Assembly: GCA_036758585.1 (NCBI GenBank)
Contig: DAIOWH010000007.1
Span: 10,155 to 74,154, forward strand
Origin: Planctomycetia bacterium
GTDB taxonomy: Bacteria; Planctomycetota; Planctomycetia; JALXBF01; JBGPMX01
DNA length: 64,000 bases
Direction of reading: 5' to 3'
Notes under the pieces: generated by a model
Told to the model about the DNA's origin: nothing
Database searches by the model: none
What the model saw: the letters and a program-made list of their open reading frames with translations, nothing else
Program-made: the position numbers and the translations under genes
Shown: positions 8,616 to 19,516 of the stretch, piece by piece
How positions within the stretch are numbered: position 1 is the stretch's first letter
Layout of the letters: each line of letters begins with the position of its first letter

Positions 8616-9543
8616 CTATGTTCAGCAAGTAGTCGAGCAGCGGCCCGTGCTGGCGGTATTCAGGAACAATGATATCGGCCCCAGCCTCGATCAGACGATT
8701 GCGTTTCCAGTGGTCGACGCCGGCGCGGCGAACCTCGTCGCTGGCGACTCCGACCGCCACGCCTCCCACACGTTTCACTTCTTCGATCTCGACAAAGCCG
8801 TCGCCGAAGGCCAGGAGTTCGTCGCCCTGCAAATCGTTCTCGGCCAGGATGCGGTCGATGATCATCTTCTTCGAGAAGTTCTGGTAGTCGTCGAGCGCGC
8901 CGTAGATGTGCGGCTCGAAGTAGTCGGCGACGCCGATCGCCGCCGCCTCGTTGCGCACATACTTCAGGTCCGTGCCGCTGGCCAGATACAGCCGCAATCC
9001 ACGATCGCGCAACCGACCGAGCAGTTCGTGCGAGCCGGGCACGATCCAGTCGGCAGCGCTCGCGGCGCCGGACTGAAGCCGTTCGACTCGGCCGCTGATT
9101 CGCCGCCACAATTGGTCGTGGTACTCGTTCTTGTAGTCGAGCGGGTCTCGTGGCGTGCCGCCGCGGCGACGGACCTCGTCGGCGAGTTGAATCATCTGAT
9201 AGATCGTCTGCCGGCCGTTGAGCCGCATCACGAAGTCCTCGACCGCCTGGCTCAACTCCGGTTCGCTCTCGCTGGTCCCGGTCTCCTTCAGGATGCGCAC
9301 CATCATCGGGATCATGACGTCGGGCCAGCCCTCGCGGATCAACGACAGCGTGCCATCGAAATCGAACAGCACAGACTTGAATCGGCCGCGCGCGATCGCG
9401 GCGTTGACGACCTCGATCTCAGTGTCGTACAGGAATCGTCGGTCGTTGATCGCTGAGTGTTGAGCGGCAGGTGCATCGGCTGGAGCCGCGTTTGGGTAAA
9501 CGGCTGACTCGGAACCAACTCGATGCGTAACGTTCGATCCCAT
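8584..9543 (-). CDS. HAD family hydrolase/phosphatase
   Basis: LFDFDGTLS motif I; LYLASGT motif II; FGDGFVEI motif IV; overlaps the next gene. Confidence 0.85.
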   Translation of the reverse strand: MGSNVTHRVGSESAVYPNAAPADAPAAQHSAINDRRFLYDTEIEVVNAAIARGRFKSVLFDFDGTLSLIREGWPDVMIPMMVRILKETGTSESEPELSQAVEDFVMRLNGRQTIYQMIQLADEVRRRGGTPRDPLDYKNEYHDQLWRRISGRVERLQSGAASAADWIVPGSHELLGRLRDRGLRLYLASGTDLKYVRNEAAAIGVADYFEPHIYGALDDYQNFSKKMIIDRILAENDLQGDELLAFGDGFVEIEEVKRVGGVAVGVASDEVRRAGVDHWKRNRLIEAGADIIVPEYRQHGPLLDYLLNIGDHAIPRVRP

Positions 9544-9726
9544 GTCTCCACCGCTCGATGTTCAACCGTCGGCGATCAACGCTGTGCAAGATAGCCGATG
9601 CCCGCGCAGCCCGAAAGAGTGGCCGGCCGCGACTCGCAACGGTTGACCGTGCCAGGCTCCACTCGTATGCTCTCAATCCGTGGCGATACCGACATGCAGT
9701 TGGCCTTTTTCTTGGAGGATGCTTTC

Positions 9727-10746
9727 ATGTCCGAACCACGCACAGTGCGATGCCCGGATTGCGACTCGCAGGCAATCGATCCGACGCGGCGCGAGTTCCT
9801 GAAGGACGTAGGGACGGCTGCGGTCGCCGCCAGCGTCTGGCCGGTGCTTGCCACGTCGCGTGCGAGCATCGCCGCGACGGCGACAAAGTCGTCGCCCGAG
9901 TCGGCCGTGAAACGCCTGTTCGACAGCCTGAACACCGAACAGAAGGCGACCGTGTGTTTCCCTTGGGAGAACCCGCTGCGCACGAAACTGAACGCGAACT
10001 GGGCGATCACGAAGCCAGCGATCGCCGAGTTCTTCTCGAAAGAGCAGCAAGAGACGATTCGCGAGATCTTCCGCGGCGTCACCAGCGAAGACGGCTACGA
10101 GCGGTTCATGAAGCAGATGAAAGAGGACTACGGCGACTTCGGCAAATACCACGTCGCGATCTTCGGTGAGCCGGGCGACGGCAAACAGTTCGAGTGGGTC
10201 CTGACCGGTCGGCACCTCACGCTCCGTTGCGACGGCAATTTCAAAGACGGCACGGCGTTCGGCGGCCCGATCGTCTACGGCCACGGCACCGGCGACTCGA
10301 AACCGGGCCTGCCGGGCAACGTTTTCTACTACCAAACCGTCAAGGCAAACGAAGTCTTCAAGGCGCTCGACGGCAAGCAGCGCGAGAAGGCCTTGGTCGC
10401 TCGAGCGCCGGCCGAAAGCGCGGTCGAGATTCGCGAGGCGAACGCCCTAGCCAACATCCCGGGCATCTCCGGGTCGGAACTCTCGTCCGACCAGAAGGCG
10501 CTCGTCGAGGGCGTCATGAAGGAACTGCTCGCTCCCTACCGCGCCGATGATGTCAAGGAGGCGCTGGGCTGCCTGACCGCCGGCGGCGGCATCGACAAGA
10601 TCCACATGGCGTTCTACCAGCAAGGCGATATTGGCGACGACGAGGTCTGGGACATCTGGCGGATCGAAGGCCCAAGTTTCGTCTGGCACTTCCGCGGCTC
10701 GCCGCACGTGCATGCGTACATCAACATCGCGTCAAGGAAAGGCTAG
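9727..10746 (+). CDS. DUF3500 domain protein with TAT signal
   Basis: TRREFLK signal; GRHLTLR..G..FGGP..YG and WHFRGSPHVHAY motifs; GGAGG RBS before ATG 9727. Confidence 0.8.
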   Translation: MSEPRTVRCPDCDSQAIDPTRREFLKDVGTAAVAASVWPVLATSRASIAATATKSSPESAVKRLFDSLNTEQKATVCFPWENPLRTKLNANWAITKPAIAEFFSKEQQETIREIFRGVTSEDGYERFMKQMKEDYGDFGKYHVAIFGEPGDGKQFEWVLTGRHLTLRCDGNFKDGTAFGGPIVYGHGTGDSKPGLPGNVFYYQTVKANEVFKALDGKQREKALVARAPAESAVEIREANALANIPGISGSELSSDQKALVEGVMKELLAPYRADDVKEALGCLTAGGGIDKIHMAFYQQGDIGDDEVWDIWRIEGPSFVWHFRGSPHVHAYINIASRKG

Positions 10747-10790
10747 AGCGAACACCCGGCACAACCGATCCCAACGCGAGCGACTCGTCT

Positions 10791-12461
10791 CTAGGACCGG
10801 GCCGCCTCTGCGGCGTCCCAGGTGATGAGTTCGGCCAGCTTGTTCAGGTCGAACTCGTGGCTCGCAGGAAGCTCGTAGGAATGCTGTGCGGCGCCAGACG
10901 CCACGCGCAGCGGCGGCAGTTGACGACGAAGCCCGTCGTGCACCGTCAGAAACGCCTCGACAACGCGCTGGTCCCATTGCTTGTGAGTTCCTTCGCGCAG
11001 GATCCGTTCGACCTGTTCCGCGGCCATGCCCCGTCGATACGGTCGGTCGGAACTCATCGCGTCAAACGAGTCGGCGACGGCGATGATGCGGGCCATGAGC
11101 GGGATTTGGTCTCCGGCCAAGCCGTCGGGGTAGCCGGTTCCATCGTAGTTCTCGTGATGGTTGCGCACGCCGGCCAGAATAGGCCGTAATTGCCGGACCC
11201 CCGATAGAATCTCGTAACCGATCGCGGGATGCTCTTGAATGTGCGCGAGCTCCTCGGCGTCGAGTCGGCCGGGCTTGAGCAGCACGGCGTCGCGAATGCC
11301 GATCTTGCCGATATCGTGCAGCAGCCCGGAAAGATAGAGCTTGTCCTGTTCGGCCTCGCACAGTCCCATCGCCTGGCCAATGCGTCGCGCCGCGCGCGCG
11401 ACTCGAGCGCTGTGGCCGCAGGTATACGGGTCCTTGGCGTCGATCGCGGCCGACAACGAATGAACCACGCTGAGAAACAGGTCCTTGATGTTCTCAAACA
11501 GCGTGACGTTCGTCTGATGCGTGGCTAAAATTCTCGCGACCGCCGCCATCAGACTGGCCTCGATGCTGCCCAACTCTGGCCCATCGCCAGCCGCGAGCGC
11601 CAGCAGCCAACCGAAATGTCTGTCGGCTTCGGAAACCGGCACGGCGACGAGTCGCCGGATCTCCGGATACGGCGTCAGCCAGGAAACGCCCGCAACGTGG
11701 TTCACGACTACAGGCCGCGTCGGAGCGATTTGAGTCAAGGCGCGGGCCAACGCGAGACACCGATTCGAATCGAGAACCGCGTCGCCGTGCGAGATCGTAT
11801 CGCCCTGCCGAGTCGCCACGAATGCAATCTGCGATGCTGGAACCAGGTCGGCAAGCAGCGTCAACGTCAGCTCCTGCAGGGAACCGACTCCCTGAGCCAC
11901 CTGCGCCTCGCCGGTAAGCTGGTGCAGCAGCGTGATTTCTTCGTAATTCCGCGCGACTTGTGAAGCCAACTGTTGCAATTCGTTCTCACGCTGCTGAAGG
12001 TGGCAATACGTTCGCACGGCGAAACGAGCAGTCTCGCCCAGCCGTCGCAGCAACTCCGGTTCGCAGTACCGGACGTCATCGAGACTTGCCACTCCGTCGA
12101 GCCAACCGGCCACCTCTCGGCTTTCGTCGGCCGTGCGGGCGGAACTAACCGCCGCGACGCCAACCGCGAGAAGTCGACACGCGCCGCAGCCGTCGAGCGG
12201 GACCACCACCACGTTGAGCAAGTCGCTGACCGCAACGACGCTGACCTCAGTTCGACTGGCCGAGGCGACAACGTCGACAATCCACGCGGGTGGTTCCGCC
12301 CCGCGACCAGTTGCGGCGCTCACTCCGATCAGATCGCCGGAGTTGGGGTCAAAGAAAAAGAATGGCAGTCCCAGGTCCAGGGACAAAACCGCGCGCGCCA
12401 ACGCCGACCGTTCGACCGCTAGGTCCGCCGATGCTGGTTCTAGCGTGGAGTTTTTTGGCAT
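10791..12461 (-). CDS. GAF-like + HD-GYP c-di-GMP phosphodiesterase
   Basis: AIDAKDPYTCGHS, LLHDIGKIG, HHENYDGTGYPDGL and RPYR motifs all intact. Confidence 0.9.
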   Translation of the reverse strand: MPKNSTLEPASADLAVERSALARAVLSLDLGLPFFFFDPNSGDLIGVSAATGRGAEPPAWIVDVVASASRTEVSVVAVSDLLNVVVVPLDGCGACRLLAVGVAAVSSARTADESREVAGWLDGVASLDDVRYCEPELLRRLGETARFAVRTYCHLQQRENELQQLASQVARNYEEITLLHQLTGEAQVAQGVGSLQELTLTLLADLVPASQIAFVATRQGDTISHGDAVLDSNRCLALARALTQIAPTRPVVVNHVAGVSWLTPYPEIRRLVAVPVSEADRHFGWLLALAAGDGPELGSIEASLMAAVARILATHQTNVTLFENIKDLFLSVVHSLSAAIDAKDPYTCGHSARVARAARRIGQAMGLCEAEQDKLYLSGLLHDIGKIGIRDAVLLKPGRLDAEELAHIQEHPAIGYEILSGVRQLRPILAGVRNHHENYDGTGYPDGLAGDQIPLMARIIAVADSFDAMSSDRPYRRGMAAEQVERILREGTHKQWDQRVVEAFLTVHDGLRRQLPPLRVASGAAQHSYELPASHEFDLNKLAELITWDAAEAARS

Positions 12462-12668
12462 GCGATCTGGTTCGAGTGCGCAAGACCGACGTCGTGCCTG
12501 CATCAAGCCTAGCTTACCCCGCGAACCTCGCATTACGCAGGAATCGAGCGAGGCCCGCAGAACCGATACCACCGGCGCGACACCTACCTTGTCGCGTGCC
12601 GGAAAGGGGAAGGCCGATGAGCCCGTGTGACGAACCGGACAGACTTTTGCTCGTGGCGCAGCCCACGC

Positions 12669-13827
12669 CTACGGAAGTGGCGTTGCAAACGGCGCGACAG
12701 GTGTGTTCGGCGAACTGGCGTTGGACGACTCGGTCTCGGAAGCGGCTCGCTGGTTGGATAGCCCGTACTTGCGCATCTTGTTGTACAAAGTAACTCGGCT
12801 GATTCCGAGCGATCGAGCTGCCGCTGCACGCTTGAACTTGTTCCGACGCAGTGCATCTTCGATCACTTCGCGCTCAGTGAGCGCGACGTAGTGATTCAAT
12901 CCTTGGATTCCGTCGCCCGGCGGAGTCGAACCCGCGGTAGAGCTACTGCGGTAGTTTTGAACCACGCGCGTGGGCAGGCCGTCCGGCGTCAGTCGACCTG
13001 TGCGGCACAAGATGATCGACCGGCGAATCGCGTTCTCTAACTCGCGAATGTTGCCGGGCCATGAATACGACTCGATGGCCCGATGAAACTCTGGGTCGAT
13101 GTCTTCAACGGCAATACCATGCACCTTGGCAAACGTCGAGACGAAGTGTTCGGTCAACGGAAGAAGATCCATCTTTCGCTCACGGAGCGGCAACAGGTGG
13201 AACTTCAGCACGTTCAGCCGATAGTACAAGTCCTGACGGAACCGGTGCTGTTGAACAAGCGGATCGAGATCCTGGTTGCTGGCCACGATCAGCCGGGCCT
13301 GGGAACTCTGCGTGGTGTTGCTCCCTACGGGTTCGTACTCACCCGTCTCGATGACACGCAGTAGTTTCGCCTGCTGCTCCAAACCCAACAGGTCAATCTC
13401 GTCGAGTAGCAAGGTTCCGCGGCCAGCTGCGGCAAACTTGCCGACCTTATCGACGTGGGCACTTGTGAACGCGCCACGTACGTGCCCGAACAACTCGCTC
13501 TCAATCAGATCGGGCGGCAGTGTACCGCAGGCCAGCGGCAGGAAACGCTCGCTGTGTCGTGGCGAAAGCTCATGGATCAGTTGAGATGTATGTCTTGCCA
13601 GACCCAGTTTCACCGACGATCAGAACCGTAACGTCGTGCGATGCCACGAGTTCTAGCTCATCGAGGATGGGAAACATCTCCGGAGTGTACGTCACGAAGG
13701 TCCGCGTCCGGCCGCGAAGCAGCCGGCTTGGGGCTGTGGCCCGGGACGCACGATGGCCATGCCAGGCCGCGGCGGACTTGGAGTGTTTCTGTTCAGCGGG
13801 CTGTTGTTCTGGCGCAGGGGTGTCCAT
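12669..13827 (-). pseudogene. sigma54-dependent activator (AAA+ / Fis HTH), frameshifted near 13585
   Basis: Walker A GETGSGKT in ORF 13570-13827; ESELFGH, GAFTSA, LLDEID, WPGNIREL and HTH in ORF 12669-13613; restoring 2 nt gives GKTYISQLIHELSPR; real lesion or assembly error. Confidence 0.8.
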
Positions 13828-14043
13828 TACCGCCGTCTCCAGCGGCCCCCCAGGTTTTCATTGATCTACGCGGTGGTCTTCAGACCGTCCACCCCGACGG
13901 CCTACCATATTTCACTTAGTTAGCGATATTACCCATTTTTCTATTTGTTCAAGCCGACTTTTGCACATTTTTGACGTATCGCAAGGTTCTGTTTACACCG
14001 GGCCGCTGGACCTCGCGCGGTGACTGGCTAAACTGATGACGCC

Positions 14044-16872
14044 GTGACCACCCAGGACACCAATCTTGAGAGCTGTTTGCGCGATCGGTTCGGCCTCGAC
14101 GCGTTTCGGCCCGGCCAGCGTGACGTGATCGAAACCGTGCTTGCCCGACGCGACTGCCTGTGTGTGATGCCCACCGGGGGCGGCAAGAGTCTGTGCTACC
14201 AACTACCGTCGTTGTTGCTCGATGGCGTGACGCTGGTAGTATCGCCGCTCATCGCGTTGATGAAGGATCAGGTGGACGGCCTAGTCGAACATGGCATCCG
14301 CGCGACATTGATCAACAGCACGCTCGATACGGCGACGCAGAACGAGCGGATCGCGGCGACCGAGCGCGGCGAGTACGACCTGGTGTACATCGCCCCCGAA
14401 CGGTTTCGCAGCGGCCGTTTCAACGAGTCGATCGCTCGCACGCGGGTCGCTCTCTTGGCCATCGACGAAGCGCACTGCATCAGCGAGTGGGGCCACGATT
14501 TCCGCCCTGACTACATTCGACTGGGACGGGCGCGGAAGCGCCTGGGCAATCCGCCGACTATCGCCTTGACCGCCACGGCGACCGACAACGTCCGGCGCGA
14601 CATCTGCGAGCAACTTGAACTGGCCGATCCGCGAGTCTTTGTCACGGGTTTCGATCGGCCCAACCTGCGCTACGAGGTGCGGTTCACGTCGACCGATTCG
14701 GCGAAACAGGCGGCGATTGCTGAGGTGTTGGCCGCCCATCCGGGCGCGGGCATCATCTATTGTTCCAGCCGCAAGCGTTGCGAGGAGGTTTCCGACTTTC
14801 TGCGCGGCGAACTGAAGCGTCGCTGCCTGGTCTACCACGCAGGTCTGCAAGGCGACGAGCGGCGGCGGGCGCAGGACGCCTTCATGGCGGGCCGCGACCT
14901 TATCGTCGTCGCCACCAATGCCTTTGGCATGGGGGTGGACAAACCAGACATCCGCTTCGTCATTCACTACAACATGCCTGGCACGGTCGAGGCTTATTAC
15001 CAGGAGGCGGGCCGGGCCGGCCGCGACGGACTTGAGTCGCTCTGTATGCTGTTGTACGCGCCTGGCGATCGTTACATCCAGGAGTTCTTCATCGAGAGTG
15101 AGTACCCGGCTCGCGACGTAGTGGCGGCGATCTATCAGTTCCTGGCGCGACAGAGCGACGAACCGATCGAGTTGACTCAGGCCGAGATCAAGGACCGGCT
15201 GCGCCTGGAGATCAGCGAGATGGGCGTCGGCGCGAGCCTCAAGCTGCTCGAGGGGGCCGGGGCGCTGGAACGCTTGCGACCGCGAGAGAATATGGCGATT
15301 GTGCGCATCGACAGCCAAGTCTCACTGGTCGGTCTGTTGCCCCCGCAGGCGACGGTGCAGCGCCGCGTGTTGTCGGCGTTAGAGCGGCTCGTAGCGGCGA
15401 CGCACGGCGAGGAGACCTATTTCAACCCGCACGCCTTGGCCCAGCGGCTGGACATGGAACCGCCCCACCTGACGCGGGCCATTCACGAGCTGTGCTCTCG
15501 ATTGCCGGTGAAGTATGTTCGGCCGTTTCGCGGCAACGCCGTGTGCATGCTCGACCGCACGCGCACCGCAGCCAAACTCGGCATCGACTTCGAGAAGATC
15601 GACACGCTTCGCGCCCGCGAGTACGAGAAGTTGGAGCATGTGATCGCCTATGCGACCACGCGCCGGTGCCGCCGCAACACGATCCTCTCGTACTTCGGCG
15701 ATCGATCGCCCACGCACTGTGGGCACTGTGACAATTGCGGAGCCGCCACGCTGTCGGCCCCAACCCGGGTCGAGACCTCCGACCGGATTACCGAGATTGT
15801 TCGCAAGGTCCTCAGTGGGATCGCCCGCGCGGCCGCGCGGAGTCGGGTCGGCTTTGGCAAGCGAATCATCGCGGCGATGCTCGTGGGCAAAAAGACCAAG
15901 GCGGTCAAGCGGTGGGGCCTCGACAAGCTCAGCACGCACGGCATCCTGGCCGAGTTCAGCGAAGACGAGGTCGTCCAACTCACCGAGAACATGATCGTCG
16001 CCGGTTGGGTGAGCCAGCAGGAACTGGAGCGGTTCAAGCCGGTGATCAACCTGACCCCGACGGGTCGTGAGGTGATGCTCGGCGAGTGCGAGGCGAGTTG
16101 CGCCTGGCGGGTGCCTGGGGAGCTGTGGGCGAAACTGCGAGGCGATGGAACCAACGAGAACGCTCCGCCGGCGCCAAGGGCGCGTGGCGAGAGCAGGGAG
16201 CCGGCCTCGTTTGATCCGCCCAAGCCGGTGGACCGTGACCTGCTCGGTCGGCTGAAGACCGCCCGCAACTTGTGGGCCGCCGAATCACAACTACCGCATT
16301 ACATGGTTCTGGCCAACGGCGCGCTGGAAGAACTAGCCCGGTCGTGTCCTAAGACCCTCGACGGTCTGCTGGCGATCAAGGGCATTGGCCCGGCGAAGGT
16401 CGCAAAGTACGGCGAGCGGTTGCTCGAGATTCTGGGCGGCTCGTCGTCGCGAATCACCAGTCCGCCGTCGACGCGCGACGCTGGCCGACCCGGCCCCTCG
16501 ACCGAACCGCGTACGGCAGTTCCAAGCCCAACGCCTCGATCAGCTTCATCCGATGGCCGCGCGAGCACGCAGTCGCCCCCCGCGCACTACTGGACTTGGC
16601 GCCTGTTGGAACGTGGGTTCACCCAGGCCGAATGCGCGCTGATTCGCGGCTTGGACGAGCAAACCGTCTTGGACCATGCGATCGCCGCTGGGCGTGACGG
16701 GCGGTCAGTTTCGCTCGACGCATTCCTACCCGCAGACATGATCGAATTGCTTGCTCGGGCGGTCGCTGCATCCGAAGAAATGGACTCGGTGCTTGAAGAC
16801 CTTCCTCCCGAAATATCCGAGCAACACGTGCAGCTCTACCTGCTGACAAAACGCACACCGCCCGCACCCTGA
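14044..16872 (+). CDS. recQ: RecQ family ATP-dependent DNA helicase with RQC, HRDC and C-terminal HTH
   Basis: MPTGGGKSLCYQLP, DEAHCISEWGHDFRP, QEAGRAGRDG, CR...CGHCDNC Zn site, HRDC GIGPAKVAKYG. Confidence 0.93.
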   Translation: MTTQDTNLESCLRDRFGLDAFRPGQRDVIETVLARRDCLCVMPTGGGKSLCYQLPSLLLDGVTLVVSPLIALMKDQVDGLVEHGIRATLINSTLDTATQNERIAATERGEYDLVYIAPERFRSGRFNESIARTRVALLAIDEAHCISEWGHDFRPDYIRLGRARKRLGNPPTIALTATATDNVRRDICEQLELADPRVFVTGFDRPNLRYEVRFTSTDSAKQAAIAEVLAAHPGAGIIYCSSRKRCEEVSDFLRGELKRRCLVYHAGLQGDERRRAQDAFMAGRDLIVVATNAFGMGVDKPDIRFVIHYNMPGTVEAYYQEAGRAGRDGLESLCMLLYAPGDRYIQEFFIESEYPARDVVAAIYQFLARQSDEPIELTQAEIKDRLRLEISEMGVGASLKLLEGAGALERLRPRENMAIVRIDSQVSLVGLLPPQATVQRRVLSALERLVAATHGEETYFNPHALAQRLDMEPPHLTRAIHELCSRLPVKYVRPFRGNAVCMLDRTRTAAKLGIDFEKIDTLRAREYEKLEHVIAYATTRRCRRNTILSYFGDRSPTHCGHCDNCGAATLSAPTRVETSDRITEIVRKVLSGIARAAARSRVGFGKRIIAAMLVGKKTKAVKRWGLDKLSTHGILAEFSEDEVVQLTENMIVAGWVSQQELERFKPVINLTPTGREVMLGECEASCAWRVPGELWAKLRGDGTNENAPPAPRARGESREPASFDPPKPVDRDLLGRLKTARNLWAAESQLPHYMVLANGALEELARSCPKTLDGLLAIKGIGPAKVAKYGERLLEILGGSSSRITSPPSTRDAGRPGPSTEPRTAVPSPTPRSASSDGRASTQSPPAHYWTWRLLERGFTQAECALIRGLDEQTVLDHAIAAGRDGRSVSLDAFLPADMIELLARAVAASEEMDSVLEDLPPEISEQHVQLYLLTKRTPPAP

Positions 16873-16904
16873 ACCCGCACCAGCCTATCGCTCGTCGACC
16901 GCCG

Positions 16905-16933
16905 TTCAGAATTGGTGGGTCGCAGTGTAGAAT
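16905..16933 (+). promoter_or_regulatory. sigma70-type promoter for ftsH
   Basis: TTCAGA-N17-TAGAAT just upstream of ATG 16947. Confidence 0.45.
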
Positions 16934-16946
16934 TAGTCGCAGCCCT

Positions 16947-18911
16947 ATGGAACAAGGAACCAAGAAACCTGTGATGCTCAGGCCGGCGGACCGACCCGAC
17001 GGGGGGCCCGGCTCGCGCCTTCCCGGCTTCTGGCTATGGGCGTTGCTGTTGTTCGCAGGGTCGTTGTTCATCGTGCACGCAACAACATCTCGCAAGCCAC
17101 CCGAGATCAGCTACTCGAAATTCCTCGACCTCGTGGCGAAAGAGCAGGTCGCGGAAGTCGAGTTCGAGGGCCAGCGCGTTCGCGGCAAACTGAAGGAACC
17201 TGCCGATCTGCAGGAGGCTGTCGGCAAAGATCCGAAGACGTCCAGCGAGTTTCAGGTGACGATCTTGCCCATCGAAGACCCGAAGCTCATCGAGGCGATC
17301 AAGCCGCTGAAGAAAGTGACCGCGCAGCCCGTCACCGAGTCGATCTGGAACATCATCGGCCTGTGGCTGCCGCTGCTGTTGTTGTTGGCGTTCATGGTCT
17401 TCATGATCCGCCGCGCCCGCGATGTCGAGGGCGGAATCCTGGGTTCGTTCATCAAGAGTCCGGCCAAGCGCTACGAAAAGCTGAAGACCCGCGTCACGTT
17501 TCAGGACGTCGCCGATCTGGAAAGTGCGAAACAGGAACTGCAGGAGATTGTGGAGTTCCTGAAGGATCCCACGAAGTTCGTGCGGCTCGGCGCTCAGATT
17601 CCCAAGGGCGTGCTGCTGATGGGCCCGCCCGGAACGGGCAAAACGTTGTTGGCGCGGGCGGTGGCCGGCGAGGCAGGTGTGCCGTTCTATTCGATCTCCG
17701 GCTCCGAGTTCATTCAGATGTTCGTCGGCGTCGGGGCCAGTCGTGTGCGCGACATGTTCAAGACGGCGAAGGAGAACTCGCCGTGCATTCTCTTTATCGA
17801 TGAGATCGACGCAGTCGGCCGCGCCCGCGGAACCGGACTCGGCGGCGGACACGACGAACGCGAGCAGACGCTCAACCAGATACTGAGCGAGATGGACGGA
17901 TTCCAGCCGAGCGAATCGGTGATCGTGCTGGCCGCCACGAACCGGCCGGATGTGCTCGATTCGGCGCTGTTGCGGCCGGGCCGCTTCGATCGGCACATCA
18001 CGGTCGATCGACCGAGCCGCGCCGGACGGCTCGGAATCTTGAAGGTTCATGCGAAGAAAGTGCCGATGGACCCGGACGTGAACCTCGATTACCTCGCACG
18101 CGGCACGGTCGGCCTGACCGGCGCCGACCTGCGCAACCTCGTGAACGAAGCCGCCCTCTTGGCCGCTCGCGACCAGAAGGAACAAGTGAGCATGACGCAC
18201 TTCGAGCAGGCTCGCGACCGCGTGTTCATGGGTCCGAAGCGCGAGGAAGTGCTCACCGACAACGAGAAGCGAATGACCGCCTATCACGAGTCCGGGCACG
18301 CGCTCTTGGCCTGGATCCTTCCGCACGCCGACCCGCTGCACAAGGTGACGATCATCCCGCGCGGCCGGGCGCTCGGAGTCACCCAGCAAGTTCCCGAAGA
18401 GGACCGACACAGCTACAGTCAAGCGTACGTGCTCGATCGTCTCGCGGTGCTTATGGGCGGTCGCGCGGCCGAGAAGCTGGTCTTCGACGAAGTCTCGTCC
18501 GGGGCCGAGAGCGACCTGCGCGAAGGGACTCGACTGGCCCGCTACATGGTCACCCATTGGGGCATGAGCGAACGCGTCGGACCGGTGGCCTACCGCGTCG
18601 GCGAAGAACACATGTTCCTGGGCAAAGAGATTCAGGAGGCCCGCGACTTCAGCGAACACACCGCCCGCATCATCGACGAAGAAGTGAGTCGAATCCTGCA
18701 CGAAGCCGACCAGCGCGCACGCACGCTGCTCAGCGACAACCGCGGCGACCTCGACCAGTTGGCCGAGGCGCTCGTGAAGCGTGAAGTGCTGACGCCGCCC
18801 GAGATCGAGTCAATCCTGGCCGGCACGGCGGAGCCGGAAGACGCCGCCGAGGCAATGACGAATGACGATGCACAGATGTCGAAGGAAGCCCGAATGACGA
18901 ACGTCGAATGA
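16947..18911 (+). CDS. ftsH: ATP-dependent zinc metalloprotease FtsH
   Basis: Two TM segments; [26 protein letters not shown] zinc motif. Confidence 0.96.
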   Translation: MEQGTKKPVMLRPADRPDGGPGSRLPGFWLWALLLFAGSLFIVHATTSRKPPEISYSKFLDLVAKEQVAEVEFEGQRVRGKLKEPADLQEAVGKDPKTSSEFQVTILPIEDPKLIEAIKPLKKVTAQPVTESIWNIIGLWLPLLLLLAFMVFMIRRARDVEGGILGSFIKSPAKRYEKLKTRVTFQDVADLESAKQELQEIVEFLKDPTKFVRLGAQIPKGVLLMGPPGTGKTLLARAVAGEAGVPFYSISGSEFIQMFVGVGASRVRDMFKTAKENSPCILFIDEIDAVGRARGTGLGGGHDEREQTLNQILSEMDGFQPSESVIVLAATNRPDVLDSALLRPGRFDRHITVDRPSRAGRLGILKVHAKKVPMDPDVNLDYLARGTVGLTGADLRNLVNEAALLAARDQKEQVSMTHFEQARDRVFMGPKREEVLTDNEKRMTAYHESGHALLAWILPHADPLHKVTIIPRGRALGVTQQVPEEDRHSYSQAYVLDRLAVLMGGRAAEKLVFDEVSSGAESDLREGTRLARYMVTHWGMSERVGPVAYRVGEEHMFLGKEIQEARDFSEHTARIIDEEVSRILHEADQRARTLLSDNRGDLDQLAEALVKREVLTPPEIESILAGTAEPEDAAEAMTNDDAQMSKEARMTNVE

Positions 18912-18979
18912 CGCCGGAGCGGTTCGGAGTTCGCTAGGGTGGGCTGGTTTCGACATTCGCGCATCGTGGTTCGTCATTT
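18855..18979. repeat. Heptamer (GAATGAC) tandem/inverted repeat element overlapping the ftsH 3' end
   Basis: AATGACGAATGACG...GAATGACGAACGTCGAATGACG arm with complementary TTCGACATTCG...TTCGTCATT arm. Confidence 0.55.
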
Positions 18980-19042
18980 ATGCTTTCCCGCCGGAGTGCC
19001 AAAGTCCGAATCCTAAAACCGATCGTGGAGGAGAACCGTCGA

Positions 19043-19516
19043 ATGGACCGCGTGCCGACCACCCGCGAAGGGTACGAGAAGCTCAAGGCCGAGTTGGACA
19101 AGTGGAAGAACGAAGACATGCCGCACATCACGGCCGAGATCGGCCGCACGCGCGCGTTCGGCGATCTCTCGGAAAACGCCGAGTACCACGCGGCACGCGA
19201 GGCCCAGGGTCAACTTCAGGCCCGCATCAACGACCGAGAAAGTCTGCTCGCACGCAGCTACATCATCGACCCGACTAAGGTTCGCACCGACCAGGTGAGC
19301 TTCGGCGCCACGATCAAGGTCAAGGACCTCGACCTCGACGACGAAGAGGAGTTCCAACTCGTCGGCCAGGGCCAAGAGGACTACCGCCAAAACAAGTGGC
19401 TCGTTACCAGTCCCATCGGTCAGGGCCTGCTGGGCAAGAAGGTCGGCGAGATCGCCGAGATCAAGGTGCCCAAGGGCACACTGCGCCTGCAGGTGCTGGA
19501 GATCCGGTATGAGTAA
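19043..19516 (+). CDS. greA: Transcription elongation factor GreA
   Basis: FGDLSENAEYHAARE motif; SPIGQGLLGKKVG; GGAGGAG RBS before ATG 19043. Confidence 0.95.
   Translation: MDRVPTTREGYEKLKAELDKWKNEDMPHITAEIGRTRAFGDLSENAEYHAAREAQGQLQARINDRESLLARSYIIDPTKVRTDQVSFGATIKVKDLDLDDEEEFQLVGQGQEDYRQNKWLVTSPIGQGLLGKKVGEIAEIKVPKGTLRLQVLEIRYE

Noticed and set aside
13960-14000. sigma28 promoter for the sigma54 activator (TAAA...GCGATAC)
   Set aside because: The spacer is only 9 nt, far from the required 15-16
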